The notes beneath the pieces are model-generated. The model did no database searches and was not told the origin of the DNA. It saw only the letters and a list, made by a program, of their open reading frames with translations. Both the position numbers and the translations under genes were made by a program. From the NCBI GenBank assembly GCA_043719295.1, contig JAYSUD010000012.1:92790-141022 (forward strand): DNA of 48,233 bases. Direction: 5' to 3'. Position 1 is the first letter of the stretch. Each line of letters starts with the position of its first letter. Of the stretch, positions 34,246 to 44,524 are shown piece by piece. The DNA comes from a bacterium. Lineage in GTDB: Bacteria; Patescibacteriota; Minisyncoccia; Phycocordibacterales; UBA918.

Positions 34246-34270
34246 ATTTTAAAAGTATACCATGTACGTT

Positions 34271-35488
34271 TTATTCTCCATTACATTCTTGTTTAAACTT
34301 TGCAGGAAGTAACGAGCAGAGTTTTTCAAACGGTTCTGAACCAGGATGAAAATTAAACGAGGCTACATTTGCAAGAAAGCTATAACACTCGTCTTGTGCG
34401 GATCCTGTATTTGCCCGAGCACACATTGCAATTCCCTCCTCTACAAGATTTTGATCTTCTTCAGGATATGCATTTGCACCTCGGGAGAAACAGTTACCTT
34501 TATAGGTTTCAGGTAGCCCATTGCAGGTAGTTGCCATCTTCTCTGGATTTTCTAAATTGTGACGTCCATTAATTGTAAACGCTGAAACATAACACAAGTC
34601 TCTACTTTGTGAGGCTGAGAGTACTGAACAGTAAGAAGTAATACCTTCACTTGTGTACACATCAGCACCAAAAAATGGCCATGCTTCTCTCCAACAAGCA
34701 CCATACTGTGCATCATTTTGTGAACTTTTTGTACAGAACTCTTCAAGATTCTCCCGTGAGGGTTTTAGGTGTAACATATCAACGAGTGCATAGTCTTCGG
34801 GTTCAAGTGGTTGAAAGAGTTGCATGTACACCCCTTCTGTACAAAGCTGACGATAATCTCTCCCATCTTCTTTTTTACCAATTACTTCACAAGCCTGTAC
34901 TGATTCGGCTACTTCTGCCAGCGTCATGTGTATGAGCACATGACCAATACCGTGATAACAGATTGCCTTCGTTAAGTCAGTTGGGTCAAAACCCTCACGC
35001 GTTTCACAGGCTATCGATAAATCAGTTAACGCAGAATCAAATTCTTCTTTTGATAAGTCTTCATCGTTAAAACGGGTAACGATCGCTCCGTGTGCGAAAC
35101 CGTTTGAGCAAAGACCATCAGTCGGACCTTTTGCTATCACATCAAGCCACTTATTTGGGTCTAAAGAGACTTCATATCTTCCAAGTTCGTGTGCGAGCAC
35201 ATGGCAATACAAATACTTTGGATCTTCTCTTCTGATTTCACGGACGACATTAAAAATTTCTTCAGTTGGCAACTCTCGTACTAATTTGGGAACCTCTGTC
35301 TCATAACAAGTTGGTTTATACTCACTATCCTTACAAGCTTCAATCATCAAACTAGCAAACTCTTTGATACTTTTCTGTGGAGAAGATTTTGTTGTTTGTA
35401 CATAGACATATGTGCCCACAGTTAAAATCAAAAATACAGCAGCACTTAGAATCAGAATTGTATTTTTTTTCTTCATACGTAATTTCAT
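34271..35488 (-). CDS. Membrane-anchored Cys/His-rich domain protein (paralogue family, no cupredoxin domain)
   Basis: Motifs YCHVLAHELG, LCSNGFAHG and ICYHGIGHV, followed by recurrent xC(Y/F)xxG units. Confidence 0.7.
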   Translation of the reverse strand: MKLRMKKKNTILILSAAVFLILTVGTYVYVQTTKSSPQKSIKEFASLMIEACKDSEYKPTCYETEVPKLVRELPTEEIFNVVREIRREDPKYLYCHVLAHELGRYEVSLDPNKWLDVIAKGPTDGLCSNGFAHGAIVTRFNDEDLSKEEFDSALTDLSIACETREGFDPTDLTKAICYHGIGHVLIHMTLAEVAESVQACEVIGKKEDGRDYRQLCTEGVYMQLFQPLEPEDYALVDMLHLKPSRENLEEFCTKSSQNDAQYGACWREAWPFFGADVYTSEGITSYCSVLSASQSRDLCYVSAFTINGRHNLENPEKMATTCNGLPETYKGNCFSRGANAYPEEDQNLVEEGIAMCARANTGSAQDECYSFLANVASFNFHPGSEPFEKLCSLLPAKFKQECNGE

Positions 35489-35490
35489 TA

Positions 35491-36987
35491 TTATTTTGGA
35501 CAGTACAATTGCCTATACTCTTCTGGAACTTGAGCGCAAATCATTTGTGTGTCTTGTAAGGTATACCTTCCACTCATTCGAGGAAGAGTGTATTTATAAC
35601 AGCTATTTCGTTCTTCTTTAGTTAATATACCATTTGCACAAAAGGTGAGGTTCTCTACATATTCTACTCCAGGTTTACCGTACTTAATGTGTCCACCTGA
35701 AAGCCCTTCAATACAAGCTAATCTATCTTCTCCCTGAGTCCTACAAAATTCAATTCCCTTTTCTTGATACCCTTCTGTTTGTCCATACATACGAATATAT
35801 TCAAACATAATACCTAGTGTAGTGAGCTCATCAACAGTATGTCCATCAATTGCAATGACGTCACCATCAATCATATTTTTATTTACGTATTGTGTAATTT
35901 TATCAAAATCATCATTGTACAGCTTAAAGACAATCGGCATCATGTTTGCGTAACATCCTTCTCGTCTGTGTACCGGTTGTTTGTTACACATAAGAAATGG
36001 ATCTTTTTGTAACTCTTGGATTTGATATTTTGGGTCTGCTGAGAGTATTTCAATAGCATTAAAAACACCTGTGTCACAGAGATACGTTTCAAGCTCATTT
36101 TTTGCCAGCTGTGCGCAAATTTTAAATCCTGGTTCCATCATTGCTTCGACGTCCCCCCACTGTGTTGGGTCACTTCCATCGATAGCACCATGGCCCGTAC
36201 CATGATAACAAGCTGTTGCTGCTTGCGACGCTTGTCCACTTAATTTTTGATCTACAAGTTCACAAAATGCACGAGCTTCAGCAATGTCTCCTGTTGCCAG
36301 CAACATTGTTTCCATAAAACCGTGATAAAAGCCATATCCACAAAGTGCAGTAGCCGGCGTTAACTCAAAATTCTCTTGTGCAACATACTGTGCATACGCT
36401 TTTTCTCCAATAAGGTGAGATTGGCCGTGACAGTCGTTAGCAAACGCTGGCTCTGTCTCCGACAGCTCAACAATTTTATCAAACGACGCTTTTACACCTT
36501 CAACTTTGAGTGTTTCCAGAATAAGTTTTTCCCAACATTGTTGATTTTTTTCAACCGTACAGTCGGTTACGACTTTCGTTCCGTCTTTCTTTAATACCGT
36601 TATTTCACCTTCAAAAGTAGAGTTGATATGATCGTGGAATTTGTAACTTCCAGCTTTAGTAAAGGTAAATGACCATTTTTCATCAGCTGAAAGTGGCTTA
36701 CGCGGATCAAAATCAGGAAAACTTGAATGTGTTGGATGCACGTTTGATGCTGGCCAAAATGCTTCACCTGTTTTTGAACTAAAAGTTACCGTATCACCTT
36801 CATAAATTGTCAAGTTTGGAGGCGTAAAACCATTTTCGGTAAAAACAATAGTTTGTAGGGCAGTATTAAATGAAGTCTGAAATAAAAAAAATCCGTATAC
36901 AACAAAGATGATAAGACCTACGACAGCAATGCCATACGCCTGCGCATACTTGCATAAGTTTTGTACAACAAAATTCATACTATGCAC
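35491..36987 (-). CDS. Membrane-anchored Cys-less cupredoxin-like domain fused to Cys/His-rich domain
   Basis: EAFWPASNVHPTHSSFPDFDP...WSFTFTKAGSYKFHDH, then DCHGQSHLIG, LCGYGFYHG and ACYHGTGHG. Confidence 0.75.
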   Translation of the reverse strand: MHSMNFVVQNLCKYAQAYGIAVVGLIIFVVYGFFLFQTSFNTALQTIVFTENGFTPPNLTIYEGDTVTFSSKTGEAFWPASNVHPTHSSFPDFDPRKPLSADEKWSFTFTKAGSYKFHDHINSTFEGEITVLKKDGTKVVTDCTVEKNQQCWEKLILETLKVEGVKASFDKIVELSETEPAFANDCHGQSHLIGEKAYAQYVAQENFELTPATALCGYGFYHGFMETMLLATGDIAEARAFCELVDQKLSGQASQAATACYHGTGHGAIDGSDPTQWGDVEAMMEPGFKICAQLAKNELETYLCDTGVFNAIEILSADPKYQIQELQKDPFLMCNKQPVHRREGCYANMMPIVFKLYNDDFDKITQYVNKNMIDGDVIAIDGHTVDELTTLGIMFEYIRMYGQTEGYQEKGIEFCRTQGEDRLACIEGLSGGHIKYGKPGVEYVENLTFCANGILTKEERNSCYKYTLPRMSGRYTLQDTQMICAQVPEEYRQLYCPK

Positions 36988-37082
36988 CCAGTATACTATA
37001 CTGATAGAATACTCGATTCACTAAGTGTATAGTGAACTTTATTTTTTAGTTATTGTACTCGTCTAAAACTCTATATAGCTTT

Positions 37083-38240
37083 ATGATCTCAAAAAACATA
37101 CTCTTGATAATAGTGTTGAGTATTCTATTCAGCATTACTCTTGTCTATGTATTCAAGCAGAATGCTTCTTTTAATGAACCAGCTCGGCCTATTTCATATA
37201 TAAAAGAAGAATATTTACGTTGTATCACATTACCCACAGATTCAGAAAAAGGTGAGTGTTTGAATGTGCTTGCCGAATATGCATATGATATGTATGGTCC
37301 TGAAATTATTTCAGAAGAGCTTGATACTCTCACAATGCAAGATCGAAATTTATGGTGCCATGAGACAATGCATTACGTTGGATGGCAGGCATACCAGCAT
37401 GAACAATCTGTTGCCAAAGCATTCATGCAGGCAACTGAACTTTGTGACAGCGCTATGTACCATGGGATTATGGAAGAGTATTTAAGACAAAACGGTCTAG
37501 AGGAAAATATAGAAAGTTTAATTAAAACTGTCTGTACTGACGCTCTTGCTGAACGTCCTGATTTCTCAGAAGGGACTCGTTCACTTTGTTACCACGGAAT
37601 TGGTCACGGACTAATGTACATCACTACTTCCAATTTAGGTCGTTCACTAGATTATTGTGATGTTTTACAAGATGGTGAGAGACAGAGTTGTTATGGTGGT
37701 GCGTTTATGGAACATACCGCGAGCAAACAAGTTGGGCCAACTAGAAACAATAAAGACTTACGGGATTTTAGTTATTGCGAATCACTTAAAGAACACCAGA
37801 AGATTGATTGTTATGTGCGACAAGGTTCAAACAATTTTTCATTCACCGGTGGAGAAGTGAAGCCGGCAATGGAACTATGTCTTGAGCTTGAAGCGCAGTA
37901 TCAAAAAGTCTGTTTTGAAGGAGTAGGTATCAATAACCCCACGCCGTCGAAATCACATACACAAGCAAGTATTGATTGTCATGAAGCGCTTGAAGTGTCA
38001 CCTGCTTCCTATCAATCATGTATTAAAGGTAGCTTAGGTTTTGTCATACAACTTGATCGTGGTGAATCTCAAGGTGCTTATGATTTTTGTAAAGCAACTC
38101 TTGGTGAGTATCAAAATTATTGTTATACACAAATGGGTCAAAACCTTAAGAATTGGCTTTCACAAGGAGAAACACTTGAAACTAAGTGTAGCGTCATTGA
38201 AGACAAAAAGTTTCAGGAATTTTGTGGCATTAAAAATTAG
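37083..38240 (+). CDS. Membrane-anchored Cys/His-rich domain protein (paralogue family)
   Basis: WCHETMHYVG, LCDSAMYHG and LCYHGIGHG. Start set at ATG 37083; the ORF track starts at TTG 37053. Confidence 0.7.
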   Translation: MISKNILLIIVLSILFSITLVYVFKQNASFNEPARPISYIKEEYLRCITLPTDSEKGECLNVLAEYAYDMYGPEIISEELDTLTMQDRNLWCHETMHYVGWQAYQHEQSVAKAFMQATELCDSAMYHGIMEEYLRQNGLEENIESLIKTVCTDALAERPDFSEGTRSLCYHGIGHGLMYITTSNLGRSLDYCDVLQDGERQSCYGGAFMEHTASKQVGPTRNNKDLRDFSYCESLKEHQKIDCYVRQGSNNFSFTGGEVKPAMELCLELEAQYQKVCFEGVGINNPTPSKSHTQASIDCHEALEVSPASYQSCIKGSLGFVIQLDRGESQGAYDFCKATLGEYQNYCYTQMGQNLKNWLSQGETLETKCSVIEDKKFQEFCGIKN

Positions 38241-38284
38241 TTAATCTAAAAGTAAGTACGGTCATTGTGCTATGATAAAAAATA

Positions 38285-39202
38285 ATGTTTCATAGATCTG
38301 ACATCATAATGCTCCCAATAGTGTTAGTAATATTTACTTCCATATATCTAGTTGCAAACTCTGCAGCACTGTCTAAATTTGAGCCCTCAGTTAACAGTAG
38401 CGAAAAAATTAATACCGCTACAGAAGAGCAACAAGCTTATTCTGCATCAACAAAAGAACTTATGGAAAGCGCAGAAGCTTTTTTTACAAAAGGAGAATAT
38501 CAAAAAACTATAAATATTTACAAGGAGATCATCTCTCGCGAACCCTCAAACGTTGAAGCACATCAGCAAATTGCCCATACTTATAGATATTGGTATAAAC
38601 ATGAAGAATCTGAAATCTGGTTTAAAAAAGCTATTGCGCTGAACCCCAGTAACGCATTTTTATATACAGACATTGGCAAGCTGTACAGAAACATGAACGA
38701 ACCAGAAAAAGCTGAGGCTGTTTTCAAAAAAGCTATCGAACTTAACCCAAACGATGATTCTGTATACAGCTATGGACTTGGATATTTGTATTTCGACCAA
38801 AAGAGATACGAAGACTCTGAGGCCATGTTTTTAAAAGCGCTTGAAATAAATCCAGAAAGTGATTTGGGAAATAGTGGACTAGCAGATCTTTATAGAGAAA
38901 TGGGAAGATATGAAGAATCAGAAGCAATGTACAAAAAAGTCTTCGAAATTAACCCTAACAGTGAAGCATATCTTGGACTCGGTTGGTTATACATCTACCA
39001 AGGAAAATATGAGGAAGCATTAGTTCCACTGCAGGCTTTTCTCACGAAAATTCGGGAGAAAGGTGAAGTGTATTATACTTTGGGACAAGCTTACTCAAAA
39101 CTTGGGCGTAACGATGAAGCAAAAAATGCTTTTAAGAGGGCTGTGGAGCTGGTCCCTGATAACCCTCTTTTTATTGAGGCATATACACAAGCACAACTTT
39201 AA
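38285..39202 (+). CDS. Membrane-anchored TPR repeat protein
   Basis: Repeated A..FKKAIELNP / FLKALEINP / YKKVFEINP units. Confidence 0.8.
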   Translation: MFHRSDIIMLPIVLVIFTSIYLVANSAALSKFEPSVNSSEKINTATEEQQAYSASTKELMESAEAFFTKGEYQKTINIYKEIISREPSNVEAHQQIAHTYRYWYKHEESEIWFKKAIALNPSNAFLYTDIGKLYRNMNEPEKAEAVFKKAIELNPNDDSVYSYGLGYLYFDQKRYEDSEAMFLKALEINPESDLGNSGLADLYREMGRYEESEAMYKKVFEINPNSEAYLGLGWLYIYQGKYEEALVPLQAFLTKIREKGEVYYTLGQAYSKLGRNDEAKNAFKRAVELVPDNPLFIEAYTQAQL

Positions 39203-39240
39203 AAAAGTTTGCATACAATGTAATTTAGATTTTTGGATAT

Positions 39241-40686
39241 TCACTGCAGAAGTGTCGTGCACTCCTGTATATGAGGATGATAGATTTTAGGTATTGTGTT
39301 ACACACTTCAACTATTTTTTTCGGTGGATACACTGATTGCGCATGCGACACAACTTCTTGGAAGCATTTAATTTCTTCTTCGGTTTGTATCCAGGCACTT
39401 GAACAAAATAGAACTGCTTTTTGGTATTCAATTCCTGGGATGCCATTGTTATAGAGCTTATTAATCACCGCAGAAATACAAGGTAAACGAAGGCTATCAT
39501 TTTGTACTCCACAACTTTCTACAAAATTTCCTATTTCTTCAATAGGTGCCTCTGCTTGGACAAATAGTATGGCGGCGTGAAAAAAAATATCAGAGAATAG
39601 GTACGGTGGTGTGCTTTTTTGGATTATTGATACTGTGCGTGTAAGATCAAAATCTGTACTTGCGGGTAGTGCAGCAATAAGTGTAACAAAACAGTCTTTT
39701 TGATATATTTTTACTTGCTCTGCACAAAGTATGATTGAATCATCATCGAAGGCAAACCCATAAAGTTCATTTAGCATATAGTCCGTCATTGCATGAAAGA
39801 CTCCCGTCATACAACGCTCTCTGTAGAGTGGATTACCCTGCACTGTTTCACAAAAAGCTACAGCAGGATCAACAAGTAACTGAAACTCTCCCCAGAGATG
39901 AGGAGGTGGAGGATCAGGGATGAGACCGATGCCGATACCATGGTAACAATTCATACGATTATCATCCTGCAGCGCATCTGTTTTACCATTTAATGATGCG
40001 CAAAATTCCTTTGCAGCTTCAATACCACTATGCGCTTGCATTGCTGTAGTAAAGCCATGCCAAAAACCATTCCCACAGGATACAGTTTCTTGTCCAAGGT
40101 CTACTAGACTGCTTTCAAGATGAGCGGTGTACGCATTTTTTCCTAAATCGTGTGCAAATGTATGACAGCTTCGCTGGTAGCTATTCGAAAGATCGTTGAA
40201 TAATTCCCGAGCTTGATCGTATGGTAATTCACTTGATACATTCCTGAAGTAGATTTCCATACACGATGCCTGTTCGAGTGAATCTGAAAGTATAGTGCAT
40301 GTAGTCTGGTCTGTAACTTTTGAAATATCGTTTGAACCTGAAACGACAATTCCATTCATTTCTGGAGCATAATGGTCATGAAAAGTATATGTACCCTTTT
40401 TTAAAAAAGTGAATACCCACGTATGTAATGGAGCAATTCCTTTAAGAGAATCAAAATCTGAATAAGTAATATGGCTAGGATGCGGGCCTGCTGCAGGCCA
40501 TATAGGGCGAAGGGTTAAATTAATAAATCTAAGAGATTCATTTTCATCAACTTGTACCACTTTTGGAAAAAAGCCTGAAGGAAGTCGTAATATGACATGC
40601 TGCTCTATATCATTTTGCACATACCAAAATATAAGAGCAATAAAGACACAGAAAATTATCAGAATAAACCAACCTAATCTTTTCAT
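39241..40686 (-). CDS. Membrane-anchored Cys-less cupredoxin-like domain fused to Cys/His-rich domain (divergent copy)
   Basis: IWPAAGPHPSHITYSDFD...WVFTFLKKGTYTFHDH, then SCHTFAHDLG, SCGNGFWHG and NCYHGIGIG. Confidence 0.7.
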   Translation of the reverse strand: MKRLGWFILIIFCVFIALIFWYVQNDIEQHVILRLPSGFFPKVVQVDENESLRFINLTLRPIWPAAGPHPSHITYSDFDSLKGIAPLHTWVFTFLKKGTYTFHDHYAPEMNGIVVSGSNDISKVTDQTTCTILSDSLEQASCMEIYFRNVSSELPYDQARELFNDLSNSYQRSCHTFAHDLGKNAYTAHLESSLVDLGQETVSCGNGFWHGFTTAMQAHSGIEAAKEFCASLNGKTDALQDDNRMNCYHGIGIGLIPDPPPPHLWGEFQLLVDPAVAFCETVQGNPLYRERCMTGVFHAMTDYMLNELYGFAFDDDSIILCAEQVKIYQKDCFVTLIAALPASTDFDLTRTVSIIQKSTPPYLFSDIFFHAAILFVQAEAPIEEIGNFVESCGVQNDSLRLPCISAVINKLYNNGIPGIEYQKAVLFCSSAWIQTEEEIKCFQEVVSHAQSVYPPKKIVEVCNTIPKIYHPHIQECTTLLQ

Positions 40687-40823
40687 ATATACCCTATACT
40701 ACAACATTGTTCTGACTTGAACTGGAAAATTAGCAACACGTAAACATTCATAAATGGAGATTGTACCTAAAAGTGAAAATATCGATGTAGAGATGCAAGT
40801 ACTTTAAATATTAATTTAAGATA

Positions 40824-42308
40824 TTAATATTTATCGCATGTCGGTATCTTTTGAATAGCCTGGATGTACTCACATGATTTTTTCATTTGTTCAAGTGTAT
40901 AGACGTTTTCAAGATGTTCGGTGTACTTTTCACGGCAATTACTTTGCTGCATTTGTGTAAGACCATTTTCGCCACAAAAAGCATATCCCTTTTCGTGTAA
41001 ATTGAGTGGATTACCGTGCTGGATAAAACCATTTAAAATACCTCCAAAGCATGATTCGTATAAATGCTCTGGAACAAGGTCGCATGCAACGATGCTGTCA
41101 GAGTGATCATTAGATACAATTGTGGTTTGTATGTGATCTGCTGAAATTTTTGACACTAATTTTGCTCCACTAACATCAAGATTTTGTATGTTTTTTAAAG
41201 CATAATCCATAATAGTTACTACATCATCACCAAATACGGCAGCAGCAATCCCGATAAACTCAAAATAACAAGATTTTTTATAAACATCGGGCTGTCTCTG
41301 ACAATATAAAAATAAATCTAATTTTTTAAACTCCTCAAAATTTAGACCATACTGACTTTGGAGTAATACTTGTTGGGATTCATTAAATACACCGTCATAA
41401 CAATTCTCAAGATCGCTACTGTCACTAAATAACTTCTCACAGATATCTATTCCTTCATTCATCACTTTTTCAATCTGCCCATAATTTTCAGGTTCCTCTA
41501 TAAGCATTGACGTAGCGCCATGCCCAACTCCGTGAATGCAATTATCGTGAATCGAGGGCAACGCTGTACCTAATTTTTCCACAACATACCTACAAAATGA
41601 TTTGGTTTCTGTAATATCACCTGTCTGCCTGATAAGTTCTGCAATGAACCCGTGGAAGAAACCATATCCACAATAGGATGCTTCAGGACGCAAACCTGGA
41701 TCTTCACCTTTACTGTAAAGTTCATAACCTGCCTTACCTAAGATATGTCCCCACCCATGGCAGTTTTTAGGAACTTCAGGCTCGGTATTATATAGCTCAA
41801 CAAAATATTTAAACGCAGCATCAATCCCTTGCGTTTCTAACTCTTGTTTAAGTTGTTCATCCCAACACTGCTGTTTTTGAGATAAATCTGTAACTGAAAC
41901 GCATGCGTGTATATCACTCACAAAATCAATACTTTGACCGACTCCGGTTACAATAATCTTGCCTGTAAAATTTGCAAAAATATGATCATGAAAAGAATAT
42001 CTCCCTGCCTTTGAAAAAGTGAATGACCAGGTATCACTAGAGGCTATTGGCTTTTTGGGATCAAACTCTGGATAAAGAGTGTGGTCAGGATGAATGTTTG
42101 AAGCAGGCCAAAATGATTCACTCTGATCTGTGCTAAACACCACAGTTTCACCTTCCTTTATTTGCAAGACTGATGGGCTGAAACCTGTTTTAGTTAAAAC
42201 TATATGATTTTTGCCATTATTTCCAAATACAATCGAGGAAATAATCCAAGCTATACATAATCCTAATAATAAGAGGATCCCTAAAATAATAACTAACCTT
42301 CTAGGCAT
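40824..42308 (-). CDS. Membrane-anchored Cys-less cupredoxin-like domain fused to Cys/His-rich domain
   Basis: SFWPASNIHPDHTLYPEFDP...WSFTFSKAGRYSFHDH, then NCHGWGHILG, YCGYGFFHG and NCIHGVGHG. TAATG overlap with the upstream paralogue at 42306-42310. Confidence 0.75.
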   Translation of the reverse strand: MPRRLVIILGILLLLGLCIAWIISSIVFGNNGKNHIVLTKTGFSPSVLQIKEGETVVFSTDQSESFWPASNIHPDHTLYPEFDPKKPIASSDTWSFTFSKAGRYSFHDHIFANFTGKIIVTGVGQSIDFVSDIHACVSVTDLSQKQQCWDEQLKQELETQGIDAAFKYFVELYNTEPEVPKNCHGWGHILGKAGYELYSKGEDPGLRPEASYCGYGFFHGFIAELIRQTGDITETKSFCRYVVEKLGTALPSIHDNCIHGVGHGATSMLIEEPENYGQIEKVMNEGIDICEKLFSDSSDLENCYDGVFNESQQVLLQSQYGLNFEEFKKLDLFLYCQRQPDVYKKSCYFEFIGIAAAVFGDDVVTIMDYALKNIQNLDVSGAKLVSKISADHIQTTIVSNDHSDSIVACDLVPEHLYESCFGGILNGFIQHGNPLNLHEKGYAFCGENGLTQMQQSNCREKYTEHLENVYTLEQMKKSCEYIQAIQKIPTCDKY

Positions 42309-43567
42309 TATAAAAGAATTATATTACATTCTTTTAAATATTTCTCTGGAACAGACAAACAAATATTTTCTCTCACTTTTATATCTTGTTGATAGTACTT
42401 TGTAATATCAAACAAATGAGTAAAACATGCGCTTTTAGGTTCTCCGTCTTTGAGTAACGTACAATAGCGTACTGATACTTCAGGATCATTTTCTCCCCCC
42501 CAATACAGTGAATCAAGTATTGAAACAAGACAAGCAATTTGAGCTTCTTCTTTTTCTGCAAGCATACACCACGATGCTGATTTCTCGAGGAGTTCGTTTG
42601 GTGTATCTTCGATCTTTCTAATATCTCTGTCCTGAGAAAGTACAATAAACTCTTTCCCAAGACCTCCATAACAAGATCGGCGCTGATTTTCATCTTCTAC
42701 TACATCACAATAGCTAAAGCTTTTTTTATAAATATCGGGAGTTGGGTTACTGCCATCACTCGCTCCTGCAGCAGAGAATATATAAGGAGTAATATACGAA
42801 TAACAAAGTACCTTTGCTTCTTCGGGCATATAGTCACTTTGGCAAATACGTAACGGGTCATCTTTGCGTAAGTATTTGTCTTTCTTTTTTTCCCAAATCT
42901 CAGGATCGTGTACTCCTTGGAACATTTCCATCACCATTCCGCCAATACACTGCGAAGACTCTTCATTTCCGTAGGCTTGTGTCCCTACTTTCTGACAAAG
43001 CTTCACTGCCTCAGGAATTTCATATTCTGCAAATGCTAACACTCCATGTCCAAATCCATGAAAACACATCGTGTACGCACCAGGCCCTCCTGGTGCATTT
43101 TTGCAAACAGCATTTACCCTATCAAATACTGAGAGGCCTTCAGCAAGCAATGCTCCAACAACAATTGAGTGCGAGCATGCGTTGCGGAAATCGTGAGTAC
43201 AAAACTGCATTCCCTCTAAGCCCTCTTGTTTATAGAGTTCGTCTCCTACCGCATGCCCAAGAAGGTGTAGGTCAGTATTAGGTGGCAATACCGCACGTTT
43301 GAGTATTTCAAACGCATACAAACCGCCATCTTTTTTTGCCAAATCAACGAAGAATGCTCGTACCCCAATAAAGGTTTGTTCTACATCAGAAAGTTCTTCT
43401 AGAGTTACATTAAAATTTGCTTCAGTGAAACTTTTTTGCTGGTTGTCTTTCTCAGTTTTGAAATCGATAAACCCCATCTGTACTGCAGTATACAGACTTA
43501 TTCCAAGAACAAGCATCCCAACAATACCAATTCCAATTGTTCGTATTATTTTAAAAGACAACATCAA
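42308..43567 (-). CDS. Membrane-anchored Cys/His-rich domain protein (paralogue family)
   Basis: LHLLGHAVG, ACSHSIVVG and MCFHGFGHG, followed by xC(Y/I)xG units. Confidence 0.7.
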   Translation of the reverse strand: MMLSFKIIRTIGIGIVGMLVLGISLYTAVQMGFIDFKTEKDNQQKSFTEANFNVTLEELSDVEQTFIGVRAFFVDLAKKDGGLYAFEILKRAVLPPNTDLHLLGHAVGDELYKQEGLEGMQFCTHDFRNACSHSIVVGALLAEGLSVFDRVNAVCKNAPGGPGAYTMCFHGFGHGVLAFAEYEIPEAVKLCQKVGTQAYGNEESSQCIGGMVMEMFQGVHDPEIWEKKKDKYLRKDDPLRICQSDYMPEEAKVLCYSYITPYIFSAAGASDGSNPTPDIYKKSFSYCDVVEDENQRRSCYGGLGKEFIVLSQDRDIRKIEDTPNELLEKSASWCMLAEKEEAQIACLVSILDSLYWGGENDPEVSVRYCTLLKDGEPKSACFTHLFDITKYYQQDIKVRENICLSVPEKYLKECNIILL

Positions 43568-43596
43568 TACAGTCTACCATGTGTCCTTACTCAAAA

Positions 43597-43626
43597 TAAA
43601 AAGCGTAACCTTAGTTACGCTTTTTA
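43597..43626 (-). terminator. Rho-independent terminator of rpsT
   Basis: aaaaAGCGTAACcttaGTTACGCTtttt immediately after the rpsT stop. Confidence 0.8.
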
Positions 43627-43627
43627 T

Positions 43628-43891
43628 TTATGCTACTTTCTTGATAGAGGCACTTAATCGTGACTTTTTCCGGGCTGCAGTGTTCTCTTTGATAACTCCT
43701 CGTTTTGCTGCTTTATCAATTGCTTTATATGCTCCTGGAAGCATCTTTTGTGCCTCATCTTTGTTTCCTGCTTCAACCATCTTTCGCAGTTTCTTCACAG
43801 TGTCGTTCATTGCAGTCTTACGACGGATGTTAAAAACATGCTTTTTAAGTGATGCTCGGTGTGCTTTATGTGCTCCTTTAGTAATTGGCAT
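43628..43891 (-). CDS. rpsT: 30S ribosomal protein S20
   Basis: 87 aa and basic. AHKAHRASLKKHVFNIRRKTAMNDTVKK...AYKAIDKAAKRGVIKENTAARKKSRL. Confidence 0.9.
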   Translation of the reverse strand: MPITKGAHKAHRASLKKHVFNIRRKTAMNDTVKKLRKMVEAGNKDEAQKMLPGAYKAIDKAAKRGVIKENTAARKKSRLSASIKKVA

Positions 43892-43960
43892 ATATTGGTT
43901 TTATGTGGGCAAAACTATACAGTATTACCTCTAAAAAAGCAATGGAGCATGATTTTAATC

Positions 43961-44479
43961 CTAAGTCTCTTGGATTCTTGGGAGTACTTTTACCGTTACA
44001 GAATCAGAACCTCCAGTACAGGTTATTGTATATGTCTCTTGTCCGGTTAGAGTATCTGTACGACTTCCGCCTACTGAACCAATTGGTGGAGTGACTGGAT
44101 TAGGAGCACCTGTAAGTGAAATCAAGTTCGTGCTAAGAAGACAATCTGTATAACCGTTTGGATTCCACGTTATTACAACGTCATCACCGTAACGGACAAG
44201 GGGCTTATCGACAGTAATAATTGGCAATGCACCAGGAGGGCACCCTGTGTTCGGATGTGGAGGAATTGCACTACACCCACTGGCTGGCATTGCAAACCCA
44301 CCTTGCTCCCCTCTGGGAGAAGTCTCAGATAAACCAAGCTCAACAGATTCAACAATATTAATTTCTGGAGCTGGGTTTAGCTGTTCTGGTTGCGTACCTA
44401 AACCAAGTAGCGATGACACAAAAAGTAACGCCGGGGCAATGCTATTAAATATATTTTCCATACCACTATTATCACACAT
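43961..44479 (-). CDS. Secreted/membrane-anchored hypothetical protein (Ig-like C-terminal part)
   Basis: N-terminal hydrophobic helix (IAPALLFVSSLLGLG). Alternative start at 44461. Confidence 0.55.
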   Translation of the reverse strand: MCDNSGMENIFNSIAPALLFVSSLLGLGTQPEQLNPAPEINIVESVELGLSETSPRGEQGGFAMPASGCSAIPPHPNTGCPPGALPIITVDKPLVRYGDDVVITWNPNGYTDCLLSTNLISLTGAPNPVTPPIGSVGGSRTDTLTGQETYTITCTGGSDSVTVKVLPRIQET

Positions 44480-44524
44480 GAAGTCTTCTGTTGTACTTCC
44501 TTCTGTGTACTACTCCCATATGAC

